From Antedon mediterranea (Eukaryota > Animalia > Echinodermata): a stretch of 64,000 nt of DNA. Shown here piece after piece: positions 23,301 through 37,700 of the stretch (position 1 is its first letter; each line of letters opens with the position of its first letter). The notes beneath the pieces are model-generated. The model was given only the letters and a program-made list of their open reading frames with translations, made no database searches and was not told the DNA's origin. A program made the translations under genes and the position numbers. The DNA is taken from contig NC_092677.1 of assembly GCF_964355755.1 (NCBI RefSeq), positions 7,214,101-7,278,100 of the forward strand, in the 5' to 3' direction.

Positions 23301-25750
23301 TGACGTCATTTCTATACCAAGCATATGACATTGCGTTGGGGTTGCCAGTTGCAACACAGTTGAACGTAACAAGCATGTTTTCTTTGATGATCTCATGACT
23401 TATTTCAATTGAAACAACAGGAGCGTCTGAGTAATTTACAAAAGAAATCAATCTTTTAAGATAATTAATTTCAACTAAAGAGTTATTTTGATTCAAATAA
23501 TTAAAAAAAAACATTTCATATGCATAAAAAACCTAGCTTTTTTACAACTTTAGAAAATATTTTTTTTCATGTATCATGTATTGTAGGGGAGAACAAGCTT
23601 TTGCTTGAAATAATGAGGGTCCCAGTTACTCTTAACAGAATAAATTACAGCACAGTAGGTTAGGATGTGACCCAGATACTAGAACACAAGGTCAGCAATG
23701 AACCGTGAACCTTGGGAGTAAAGCAATCATGTTAACCACTATCTTTCATCAATCCCAAAAAGAATATATATGGACCTACATTGCACATCTAGATCAATGA
23801 TTGCCTTATACGGTTCATTTAGAGCATCATTGATCACATGACACACATATATCGCTGCGTCGTCATTCAGGGTTGGCGTAATCGTCAACACACTCTTTGC
23901 ATCATGGAGTTTTCCACTAGCATCATTTGGTGAAACTTCTGTACTGTAAGCAGCAGCACCCCCTACCACTTGTTCGTCTCGGTACCAAGTAATCTGGGCC
24001 GGTGGATTACCTTGGAGCCCTCTGCATGTTAAGGAGATTGCCTTTCCTTCAACAGCAGACAGTGTGGGTGAATTATCAACTGAAACTGATATTGGAGGAC
24101 CTAGATATAAAAAGGAAAAACACATTGTATTCTGGTGAATGAGATGTGATTATAAAACCCTATTGTGTCCTTATTAACAAATCTCACTTAAGTAGATAAT
24201 TATCAAGAATTTCCCTTTAAATAGACATTCTATTAGATTGGAGATTTAAAAAAAAAGGACATTTTGCCTACACTAGTTTAATTGTACATGGTGACTACGG
24301 CCACTGGTTAAAAATCAATTTGAAATGGATAAATTTTAAGGCCCATGGACCACCCCAGTGTAAAGACTGTTCCCAGAAATGATTATACAGTACCATTATC
24401 ATAGTCCACAACTAAATTTACCTTAATTGTTTTTAATAAACCCAGATGTATAAAATAGGTTAGTGATTTATTGATTGGTTTCAATAGGAGATTGAATTCA
24501 ATAAAGCAAACTGTTCCTAATGTATTCAGTGGTCTAATGGTATGCAACATATCAAATGTAAAGTTCGAGTCTTGGTTGAGACAATTTTCTTAACTCAAGC
24601 TGATTTTTTTCTTTATTGTTTCATAGTGTTTACTGTAAATTTATTGAAAAATTATTGCATTAAAATTTATTGTGTAAAGGTGGTAATCAGCGTGGTACAC
24701 CTGACATTAAGGACAATCAAATATTTATAGATATTTTTAAGTACTCTACCTTATACTGTTTTTCATTTCTGTTTAAAAAAAATTAAACTTTGTTTAAAGA
24801 GGGTGACTAAAAACAGGCTGAACCAAATGATACAAACACGAAAAATGAGAAAAAAATTAACAAAAAAAGAAATAATGAAAAATGAAATAAAAAAATATAC
24901 ATATTAATATAAAAATATTACTGCACAGTATGTTACACTCTAAATGTCTTTTGCTTCTTACACCTCCTTTTACAGGTAGCTTTCGATCGACCAACTACGT
25001 CATGTTAGTTCATTGTGTGCATGTGGAAACATGCTCGCTCCCACCTCGATACAGGTTTGATAGTTTCTAGGTCACCAAAAGACAATTGACCTAAGTTGGT
25101 TGTCAGTCATCTGAAATCGAAAGCTCTATAATAATCCACAGTGCCTCCCAAATTTTCTGAATTCAGGCTGTAGGCAATACCCAGAAAAGAAGGGTCAAAC
25201 ATATATATATATATATATATAAATTGAAACGATAAAGATGAGGAAATCTGTGAGAATGAGAAAAAGTCGCCCCCAACCGAGACTCGAACTCGGACCGCCT
25301 GCTTGATATGCAGATGTCCTAACCATTAGACCACTGGGGCTTTCATGGTATTGTTCGAACTCGATTGGATAGTGACTCTTTAACATTCTCGGCGTGGTAC
25401 AGCGGAACAGCACTAGTCCTCAGTTGTACGCACGCGCACCAGAGATCAAATTGATACGCCCTCATCTTACAGTATTTTTATTCACTAGTCCTCAGCTGTT
25501 CCGCCGTACCACGCCGAGAATGTTAAAGAGTCGCTATCCAATCGAGTTCGAACAATACCATGAAAGCCCCAGTGGTCTAATGGTTAGGACATCTGCATAT
25601 CAAGCAGGCGGTCCGAGTTCGAGTCTCGGTTGGGGCGACTTTTTCTCATTCTCACAGATTTCCTCATCTTTATCTTTATCGTTTCAAATTAATTAATTAA
25701 AATTCAGTATATCACCGGGCGGTTTAGAATTAATGTTCTGTGCCTGATTT

Positions 25751-25786
<36 letters not shown>

Positions 25787-28700
25787 CAAAATCTGGTATT
25801 CTTGTCCAAAATAGTATAAAAACAATACCATATGTAGTCGCATGTCCCATGTGAATAGATAACTAAATGAAATTGTCAAAAACCTATAAAACAAGAATTT
25901 TACCTAATGGAAAATATTGCATGAAATTGCTTAAGTTAAAAGTATTCCCAACAGTAATTATTCTGATGTTGGTAGCTATCTAGTTAAGTAACACCGCCCC
26001 CATTTAGTTGTTGCGGTGACTTCCAAGTCACCTTTCCACCTTGAAAAGCAGGTGTAAAGAATTAGTTAAAGGGGTGGGTGATTACAAATTACATTCCTAG
26101 ATTAAACCACACTTGTAAGCCTAATTAGAAAAACTGTACTGAAAAACTATAATCTTAAAAAAAAAATATATAAAAAATATATTTTCTTTAGGTGACTGTA
26201 AAAGGGATAGATCCTTCAACTTTCATCAAACAGTAATTATTTTTTCTCATTTTATTATCCTAACCTGTTTCGACATCCCAACAGACACAGATTTGCAGCT
26301 TACAGTAATTATTTTTTTCTACATTTCATCCTTTAGGGTGATGGTGTTGGACCCTTCTGCTCAATCAACGCAGCAGTTAATTATCTCTCATCTGAGCTAT
26401 TTGAACTCTCAGTACTTGCATTGTTTGACTTTCAATCCATACAGTTCTCATTAGATTTCTGTTACTGACACCTCAATATGTCTGTTAATTTCCACGCTAA
26501 ATAAGAACTACCAAAGGTAATATAAAGTATAAAGCATCATCCTTATGCCTTATGTACCTGGCTTGATCCATGTCAAGTCTCGATTACCTCAAGGGAGCTC
26601 TTGTCTTTGATCTGAAAGCATGTCTAGTGAACCGCATTATTAAAAGATGTTTAATGTTGATGATGAGGTGAAAGAAATGTGGGTTACAGGAGATTTTCAT
26701 ACAAGAAAGATTTGTTAAAGAACAGGTCATTAAATCAAATTTATAGCTACTCACAGTAGTGTACAAGGAGATATACTTCTCTCTTAACAGTTAAGTTTCG
26801 GGAATTTCTTTTTGTATTGCAAAAACACTAAATATGGAACAATTCCTGTAAAACCTGAGTACAAATTAGAACCAAGTTTTGGTACAATTGTTGTTTTACA
26901 TCAACAATGAAAACCGTAGTGTATACATTAAAATTACAATTTGTTTGAATGGTAATGGGATAGTATTAATAACTCTATTCAACACGTAGCTTTAATTTAA
27001 AAACAATTTTTACTGCGGTTTCACACTAAGAGATAGTGTAACATATAACAGTATTATACTGATCATTCAGAGCCTTCAAGCTAGTTTACAACTAACAAGT
27101 ATTTTGCAAAATAGTGTTATGTGTGAAAGAGTAAAATATACATATATAATCGTTGTAAAAATGTGACAGAAGTTCTATATCCTTACATCAAAAAGTGCGT
27201 CTATGACACAACATGATTGATGTGTATTACATTGAATGTTCTGGTTATAAGTGACTTAAAGTACCCACTTACTTTATATGTATGTGTTACATCAGTCACT
27301 GTTATATGAATGAGGTCTAAAAGTGTTTAAGAAACCCTTGAATTATTTGTTTCGAAGCTCCATTCATGAATCTATTAGTTAAAGCTTAAGGTAAGTGTTC
27401 TTTTATTTGAGTTCTTTTGTCTGCCTAAAACCTAGCTGGTTGTTATGTATGGGTGCAACAATTCGGAGATAAATAAAACATTATTATACACTTACTCAAC
27501 ACAGCAATGTTGAGTAATCCTATTCGAAAGAGATACCATTTGTGTACTAATAGATACATTTACAATATCTCAGTAGCTCCATAATACAATGTGTCTCACA
27601 ATGTATTGCTACCTTCCTGTTCTTGTTTGGTTAGCCGTTCCTGTCTCGTTAAAAAATTTGTTTATGATTATAACAAGTTTAATCTACAGGCCTGATACGT
27701 AGGCCTATGACTTATAATATACTCAGACTTACGTATGACAGTTAACTTGGCAAGTGGAGATGACCGAAGAGTTGTTTCTCCTTGAGTTCCTGCAAGAACC
27801 TGACATTCATAATGTCCATCATCTGCCAACACAACATCCTCAATCTAAATAAAGAAAAACACTAAAAAATAAATGTATATAGGCTTTGTACACAAAGATT
27901 GATAGTGGTGGTGTTTTAGTTTAATATTAATTTACAAAACATATATTTTCTTGGGTAATGGTAGTGGAAAAGAAATGGAATTATAAACATTTATCTTACA
28001 TAGGCTAAATAGGATATACGAGTGGTGAGAATGAAAACGAAGACAAATTGATGATTTAAAAACATGTTGTTTTGGACGAACCTACATAAAGATATAAAAA
28101 ATGGACTAAAAATATATTATCAGTAAAAGTTTGAGGTATGGTGTGGCATTTTCTTGAGCCTCTTTTGTCCGGGCTCCTAGGTTTAGCCATTACTCATAGT
28201 TCCTACGCAACTGTGTATGGATATCAATATTTATCTTTTTTCTGAACACACCAACCTGTAGATTAAATTCACCAATACTAATGTCTCCAATAATTGAATA
28301 TCGAGGTACTCCTGATAATCCCGGATCGAGATCTGATCCAAGAATTTGACCATCTTTCAGCCAGATTAGTTCTCCAATCTTGTCTGTTATAACACATTCC
28401 AACACAACCCTCTCTAAGCCTATAACCACTTGAATGCTTGCTGGTTGCTTAGCAAATTGCTGAACTGCAGATGCTGAGAAGAACAACAATTTTGTTTTTG
28501 AGTGAGGGTACAAATAAATACATGCAGAATATGTTAAAAACAGTATTATAGGTGGATCCTATTACAAATGCAAAAGATTAGGTTCAGCACACAATGAATT
28601 CACAATTGTTAGGCCCTCAATCCTGAATCTGCCACTGGTATTGCAAGCAACAAATATTCAATGGAGTGAATATACTCTATTAATGAACAGTCTAGGCATT

Positions 28701-31700
28701 AAAAAAATGATAGGCCTATATCAATTTTTACTTAGTGAAATTGGACTGTATTTAATAATTCAAATAAATGTATCATTATTATATATAATAATCTCACTGA
28801 TCAATTTGTTGTCATTAGCTAATGAACCTTTATTTTGGTAAAATCTTGAATGGAATTTTACAATTGATCTAACTTATGAATAACCCTACAAACAAACATG
28901 GTACGGAAACATGATGAATGCATCCCAATGTTTAGTACAGTAGGCCAATGCGTTCAAAAAGAAGTTTCAAATCCCCTTTAATAAAATACTTTTCAGAAAC
29001 TCACACCATAAAATTCACAAGATATAAATGACTTATATTAATAATAACTTGGTATCATTTGACCTATCTTTTATAAAGGTGAAATGACAATATTCACAAT
29101 ATCACAACTAGCCATTTACACTTCAACATCCTACATTTCGCATGAGTATTAATATGCCAACCAATCACATAACACAAACTAGAAGACGTGTGAAACCACT
29201 TCAGAGATTGGAAAATATATGAGGCAGTTTATAAATCACCTCACAACGGTTTTACACAAAATAATGCTTTTACAATAAGTGTAACACTTTTACAATAAGT
29301 TATCGAGTCTATCTTTAATAGTAAATAATATATATCATGTATCAAGCAATTAAATTTCAGTTTACATGTAATAAAGATGATTTATTAATGTTATGTGTTT
29401 AAGAGCTTTCTAACTTTGTAGTGTATTGGAAAGTACAATTCAAATATTTGGGTACTTCATATAAGCTGGGAAAAAAGTAATAAATACGGTAGGATGTTTA
29501 TTATTGTTTACAATAAAGACAAGGCATATAAAGAAATTTGTATGATACCAGCATTTACATTAATAAAAACTAGTTTATCTATAAATATTTCTATAATGAA
29601 GAATTATATGATGATATTATGATGTGATGATGATGGTGTTAAAAACGGGACTCACTACCTGGTATGTTCACTCATCCAATGAACTATATACAATACAAAC
29701 CAAAATCAAACTCTTTTCAAGGAATGTCAAATATATATAAATATATTGGTCATAATTGTACAAAGAAAACTGTTCAATTTCAAGGAATATAAGCCAATGA
29801 CATGTTATACAAAAAAATCTTTTCAAGGAACTTCTAGCCAATGACCAGGAGTTGTTTCAGGTTCATTAATTATCTGAGTGCATCCAACCCATACACAGGC
29901 AATAAATCAGGCACAGAAGCTGTTGATGCCTCTGGCAGGTAGATCAGTAATGGATTTGACCACACTAGTCAAGGCTGTATTAAACCATTGAAGTATTCAT
30001 GAGGAGTGAGGAATAACTTATTTTGAATTTGAAGATTCAAAATGCATTCTATATTTTGCTTGGTTGGGTAAAACAGATTAGCATTAATACGTTAAGAGTA
30101 CCCCACTGAGAGTATAGATATCATGTTGATTTGAGACATTTTATGGAAAAAGCAGAGATCATTCACACAAACTTTGACCTGATAAAGGTTCGCAGCCAAT
30201 TACATACTCCATGTAATTAAAAATCAAATAAAAAATGTTATAACATGAAAAATAAAGATGAATAAAATAAAATTTGAATATGTTATTTTGTGCTTTTAAA
30301 AAGACAAATAAACAAATTGAACCAAAAACCCATTGACATGTTTTAATTTTGTTTTCTTTTTTAAAGTTTTGTTTCCAATTTATGGTCAAAGTGAATAACT
30401 ATAATGTTATAATTTTAAATGGCCTATTAAAAAATTTAAAAATAAATTTTTTTCCATTGAACAATATATCTTTAATGTAAAAAAGATAATATATATGATA
30501 TATAGTAGGTTAAATGGAACATTTGCAGTAATTCTAAAAGCTCATCAAACAACATCATTTAAAAATCATTATTTCAATTACATCATTGATGATTACAATT
30601 TACCGGTAGGCCATATTACTTGGGAAATACTAATTTTCTGTTTAAATTGAAATTGTCAAGATAATAACAGATGAAATGGAAGATTTGTTCATTATCAAAA
30701 GTCCTTTTAAATTGGCCATATGTCATGAAAATTATGATTAATAATTCATAATTCTTGAAGAATTATTTTCCCAAAGGAATGATATTTTAGCCATAACAGC
30801 TTTTGCAAAATATTTTATAGGGTGGATTATTGAGCTGGTGTACCAGTTTCTATTTCTGACAGACTGGGTTAGCAATTCATCATTACAATTCTAGACACAC
30901 CCCTGACACAATACCTCTACATTTTCTTCTGTTTTTCAGTATAATAATAATAATATCCTTGATTTATATAGCGCCTAATGTTGTCAAACCTCTAAACGCT
31001 AAACATTATTACCTCGATAATTTTTTTGGATAAACACGTATGGAAACATACTTCCATAATGCAGCTAGTAATCAGCACAAAAGTTTTGTCTTGATCTAAC
31101 TGGGTCCTATTTATACACCTGGGTGGAGAGAGTCAAACATAAGTAAAGTATCTTGCCTAAGGATACAAGCAATGCGGCAAGAGTTGGATTCAAACCTCGA
31201 TCTCACGATCAGTAGTCGAGCGTCCAACACACTGCGCCACACGCCCTTTTTGAGAAGAAAGTGTAATGCAATAAACACATTTAAGTTCATTGATTGTACA
31301 ACGCATTGACACATTAGAGTCAATAGAATAACTGTTAATTAATTAGCCTTCTATTTAGCCATAAGGCCTACATACATTCATCACATTATATAGTCACGTC
31401 ACAGAATCATTCTTCAATGTTATTATACATTCAATTGACACATGACAGTTACTGCTTGTTCTATGTTTTTCTACTTAAAGATGTTTTGTCCTGAAAAAAT
31501 AATTCTTAAAAACATTTTTTTGTTGAATATACCATTTTAATGTACCGTAACATAATAGTTATCCACTTGACCAAAAATTGGATTGAAAAAAAATATATTT
31601 ACCTGAAAAAAACTGTAATTTATAGCAAAAATTGTCAAATTGGTTGCCAGCCAATAGGTTTTTTGTTGAATTTAACCATTTATTTTGTCATTTTATATGT

Positions 31701-34700
31701 GAAAACATTATTTGTTTTTGTTTTTTTTTCTGTAGAAGTGATTAACTTTATTAAAACTATAAAATAACGCATTCAAAGTCTGACTTAATTAATCTTTCTT
31801 TTTCATGTTTTTGGGGGACAATACATCTTTAACATTAACAATTGATGTATGGATATTTTTTTTTCTAGGCATCAAATCTGTATATTTTATAGTTCAAAAA
31901 AATGTAATGAATCTGTATTTAGCATAGCAAAATCAAGTATAAACATTATTTTGGTAAAATAAAAAGAAAAAATGTTCCAGGTTGTTGCGCAATAAGCCAT
32001 ATGACAGATGAGGACTGTCACGACAAATATGGTCCGGGGCCAAAATCGGTACCAGTTTTGGCTCCAAAGTTGTGGCCAAAAGCAGTCCGCCACTGCCAAA
32101 ATCGGTCCGGGTTTTTCTTCTGTCGATTTTAATTGAATTACTAGGCCTATGATGCTGGTTTAAGTTGTTTATGGCTAGAAAAATATCCCATGATATATAT
32201 AAGTAAGTTATCTTGTCGGATAGATACGATAAATAAATGCATTTTATCTAAAAACATGACGTAGGTGTTCACTGATATTGCAGCCTGCCACACACTCACA
32301 TGAACGGGTATGAGACGCTGATATTGCCAGCTAGATTTTATTTTATGATCGAGGCCTTTTTCCTTCCTCAGCCTAATCAATATTGGATAATTGTTTTATA
32401 ATAATTGTATTGAATTGATTAATTAACCATAAATAAGTAATAAATTAAATTGTTTTTAACATCATGGGGAAACGAAGATGTTTAAAGAACAAAATGGATT
32501 AAAAACAAGCAGAGATACATTGTACACAAAAAGCCTAACAATTAGTACTAATTATTGATGAGTTACTATTAATAATGATAATAAAAAAACAGACTTAATT
32601 TATAATATTAAAATAACAAATAAAACCCTGTAGTTTTCAATATAATGACAATCATGGCCCTTTATTTAAAATGATATGTACATTATGACTCATTTTGCGC
32701 ACCATATATTTGTAAGACCGGACCATATTTGGCGGCCAAAAACAGTCCTACTGCCCGGACCGATTTTATCCAGGCCGGACCCGTTTTGGCGGCCAAAATT
32801 GGTCTGGCCGGACAGGTTTTTGCAGCCAAAAATGGTCCACCGGACTGATTTTGGCAGCCAAAACTGGTCCGCCGGACCGATTTTGGCCCGGACTGATTTT
32901 GGTGTGACAGGACCATACATAATTTTCATACCAAACATGAAAAAGCTAAAGTGTAGGGCTATACAAAAATCGAGTACTTTCTACATTTTAATACACATCT
33001 GGTCCTCGGTTATTACAATTTTAGTAGTAAATTAACAAATTCTTTCAACGATTTTGGTCTATATTTACAACTGTATATGACTAATTATTTGTAAAATATA
33101 GAAATCTGTATTTTCATTCAGATATTAATCTATTAAAAAGTTATTGACATCTGTTAAATACATTGAACATCAAATCAGGGATCGCAATTCACATGACATC
33201 AGCCTTACTGTGGAAAGAGATTAAAATCTGCAAAACTAGAACTGGATTGATATGCATTTAATGAACAAAATAGGCCAGTTACTATAGTAACAAAGCTCTA
33301 AAACCATGGATCACCTTACATCTAATCCATAAAAACCACTGTCTTTAAATTCAATCAAACTATTTGGAGACAATTAGGCCATTCAATATTGGCTCCTCTA
33401 TTAACGGACAACTGTCACTGCAAGATTTTATCGTGAATCTATGTGTATAAATTACGATTAAAAACAAAACCTGAAAACATTAGATCCTCTATTAAGGGGA
33501 CAACTACATGACTTAACAAGACAAGATTTGTCCCATGAACTAGGAATGGCTATTTGTTAAAAATATTATCAGTGACTTGTATTCCATATGGGGTAATAGC
33601 TGAGGTGTACCCATATTATATGGCGTGCGCCAAGGTAAGGGTTGTCTTCTCTAGCTAACAACATTATAGAAACAAAACTATAGTATTTAGGTTGGATTTT
33701 AGTAGTTATGTTTAACACAACAAAAAAGAAATATTGCAGTCAAAGTAAATAATATATTGAAATTGTTAATATCACTTAATCAATTATAAAACAATTTTGA
33801 TAGAATACTATAGCTGTCAGGAAACAGACTTAATAATATCACTATTTTCAATTCTACATTTAAATTTCAACAAATCATAAGAAAATCATTAAATTAAATA
33901 CTCTCAGAAGTTGTAAAATCATTGCAAATTAGATATTAATTTTTATAAATACAATTTCCAACATAGATTTTTGTCAAGATACAGATCTAAATTATGGACT
34001 TAATGATCCACAGAATGACAAATGCAACAAGAATGTCAGATAGAAGGATTTAATTTCCATTTAGTTTAACAAATATCGGCAAAGTCATTACAAACAACTG
34101 CCACCTGTTAAGTAAATTATTTTACTGACCAAATATTTAAAAAAAATGTAGTTAAAACATCCAAAACATACCAACTCTCCCAAATACAATTACAAAATAC
34201 AATTCACTTTCGAGACTAAAAAATAGTAAGGGGTGTACCCTGAAGAGGATTTGGCTGTTAAACCATATATTTTTCCTCGTTCACTTCACAGAAAAGTGTC
34301 ATCTTATGGGGGTGTCCAAAAAGAGGGATTCTACAGTAATATATAGCTTCCGGGAACCAACAAAGTGTCCCCTGAATAGGGGCTGACCATGGCGTTAAAA
34401 CATATCGTTGTTTTACTGGAAAGTGTCCCCTGAATAGGGGCTGGCCATAACGTTAAAACATATCGTTGTTTCACTGCAAAGTGTCCCCTGGATAGGGGCT
34501 GGGCATAACGTTAAAACATATCGTTGTTTCACTGCAAAGTGTCCCCTGAATGAGAGGTTCTTCGTGCAAATTCTCTATATGTTCTCCAGCTTTACCAAAT
34601 TAAACATGTCTGTCTTATGTTGATAAGCTTTCACAAAATATAACAACATTCAATTGAATTCAAAGACATTTCTATTAATTAGCCTGCTATTAGCTACTTT

Positions 34701-37700
34701 ATGTGGACACTTAATCCTTTCACGTATTACATTCCTGCGCCTTTATGTATGTCACTGAACCTCTCAAGCAATTATAAAGCAAATTGACATATTACCACAT
34801 GTTACAAGACAATGCTTGTTCTAAATACTGAAATATAAATTTCTGACGCAAGAAGCAAAGACGTTAAAAACAACAATGCTTATGAAACGTGTACTGAACT
34901 AAGATCTGTCACCTTCTGCCTTCATGCTTACTCCAACAACAAGAATACATGCTTGTTTAGATTTTTTATCCGTAATAATACTTTCAAATACGGTATAAAA
35001 ATACTAATGGTAAGTTCAAACAGTAGACCTACATTAAATTCAACAGAGATTATAAAGCGATATTATGAAATAATTATAATAAAACATATAAAATAACTAT
35101 TAATATGAGAAACTAGTGCTGTTCTTATACTCTAAGCTTTATAATAATCAGGCTAAAAAATACCACCAATAATGGTCTTTAAAAATTGAAATTAATACTG
35201 AATAAATAATCTTGAAATGGAAGACTAAAGTTAAGATGACTATAGCGAGGCATTTAATAAAAAGGCAAACTGCCTTAAAATGTAAATGTGACCCGTTTCG
35301 AGAAACTATATTCTCATCATCAGAACAGTAAACAACGCCTAGAGTGCTTATATACCAATAGGACATGTGTATGTAAATGAGTAAGTAATTAGCATAATAA
35401 AACAACAAGGAATGTAGGCAACAACCAATCATATGGCAAGTGTGACGCCTAAGTTATAGATTTGTTTGTTCAAGGAAGGTTTACTCCACGAGATGTGGAG
35501 GGCTTCCTTGACCTTAAGTTTGAAAGCGGAATCTGCAGAATCCAGAACGGTGAAGCATTCCGCCTTAGCGGGGACCTTACACCGTTCTGAATCCTGCAGA
35601 TGTTGAAAAATGTGAGAAGCCTTGTCCCTGAAATGTTTACGCACCCAAGACTAAAGTTGTATTATATTGATTTTCTATCAATGTAAGATTAGATATATTA
35701 GTTGCATTTATACAAATAATGAATATTGAAAGATTGATTCTATTTAACAAAGAGAACCCAGGTTATAAATATGAATACTCTATCTGTAAGTATAGGACAG
35801 TGTCAATGAATGATAGGCCTAATACAAGATAAACCAATCAATCAAGCAATATCAAACAAGAACACACTTAAATAATACAAAATAATATATTTGGTACAGT
35901 CTTTCCTTGCCAAGCAAGTAAATGAAACTTTTATAATACTCGTATACGGTATTTTCCAATTCACACAAATGATAAATACAAAAAAAAAATATGATAAAAT
36001 AAAAAGTGATTTTGTGTCCTCATGGAAAATTATGTTCTGTGGTGATAATGTATAAACTATTATGTGCTAAAACTCTGAATTTTCTAAATTATAATCTATT
36101 TGTTAGTAATATATATTATATGAATTTTTAAATTATGTAATTTTATATTGTATAATTCATTCAAAAATCAAAGACACAAATTGTTGGATTTTACACTTGT
36201 GGGAATCCTAATAATATAAAATATCAGTGAGAACGTGCTTAGTATGTTGAAATGAAATGCTCTCTTGGGGGCTGAATTGACCGTTTGACCACTTCCATAT
36301 CTTGTATTAAAGCTCATACAATATCTGACCATATAAACACTTGCGTGGGTGGAGGATAGGGAATCTTTCTCTGCTGACATTCTATAATAATCTCAGTTGT
36401 AAAGTGAAGATATAATCATAAACCTGTTAGCAATAGGTTAATAACTAGTAAATCATCATAAGTTAACTGTGTCCAGTGAGACATGTACATTTGCATGCAT
36501 GACCTACAAGAAATTGTAGGAACATGCATTTAGGTGTAATGACACCAAAACATGTTCTTCTAGAACACTTCTACAGTTGCCATAATTTTAGACAGCAATA
36601 GCAGAGAAATATTTAGGACAATATTCTCAGACAGTCTTACAATTACAGATTAATAACCAATTAAAAAAAAATATTTATGAACAACCATCAATCAATCTTT
36701 CAAGTTTATTCAGAACCATTTCAATCAGTTTCAAAATCAATACAATAAAGTAATACAAAAGGATGAAAAGAAATAGCCTACAACCTAACTATTAAAGCCG
36801 AGTAAAATTTAATTGCTGCAGTAGGCCTATTTCATCATCTGAGATTTAGTTTGGTTACCAAAGTAAAATCTATATTTAAAGTGGTATTAAAATGTAAATG
36901 TTCCCCTTTTTGTTTTATTTACTTCTCGCATCATGAATGTGCATCCTGGAGCCAACATAGTTTTAATAAAAAAACAATATATTTCTTTCACAAATATACA
37001 GATGGGAGAGGAAAATATTAACCCAAAACCGCACATGTTCATATAATTAAAATCAATTACTCTTTATTCATCATCGTTATCATTAAAACATCAAGAAAAA
37101 TCAGAATAAGAAAAACAGGTCAATAAAGAGATTAAAAGGAAACACATAAAATCTTGAAATGAACTTGATGATAGTGTATCTTTAAAATTATGATAAAATT
37201 AGTTCACTATCTTCACTAAAACACAATGAAACAATTAAATTTTTGAAACCATAAACAGAAACAAATCTTGTGGATCAGTAGAGATCATTCTAAATGTCAT
37301 TCATTTTTACTCTATCAATGGCGGCACAACCTTATATCCAAGTTCACTTCAAATCATTATGTACAAATCAATGGATGCTGATTATTCTCTCTGAATAAGT
37401 AAACACATAACTGTGTGGATCTAAAATTTTGAAAGCATTTGAGATCATTCCAAAATGTATTTTTCTTTTTGCTCTATCAATGGTAAAACTGTACCAGGTC
37501 AAAGTTCATGTCAAATTAAATTATGTACAATCAATGAGCCCATGTTGATGATTCCTAACTACTTTAATAGCAAACAGCGTGTTTAACAAATTAAGCAGTC
37601 AAGTGTAATGCAGCATGAAGGGGAAAGTGGAATTGTTTACTTTTTTCCAGAAATGTTTATATCATAGAAAATTAAAATACCATAAGACTTCAAAAAGGAG

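Larger units (their letters stand above)
25200..25782. mobile_element. (TA)n-flanked palindromic element with ~190-bp inverted arms, each carrying a tRNA-like gene
   Basis: 25221-25411 is the near-perfect reverse complement of 25495-25690; ~83-bp spacer; TA microsatellites on both sides. Confidence 0.8.

Noticed and set aside
25411-25495. CTGAGGA (minus strand, twice) as hammerhead cores
   Set aside because: No stem II followed by GAAA could be built; kept only as a junction direct repeat.
25195-25696. Two ORFs sharing the same peptide on opposite strands
   Set aside because: A by-product of the inverted repeat; they translate tRNA-like sequence.
32676-33035. Three overlapping repetitive ORFs
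   Set aside because: They derive from the subterminal palindromic repeats of the Ginger-like MITE.
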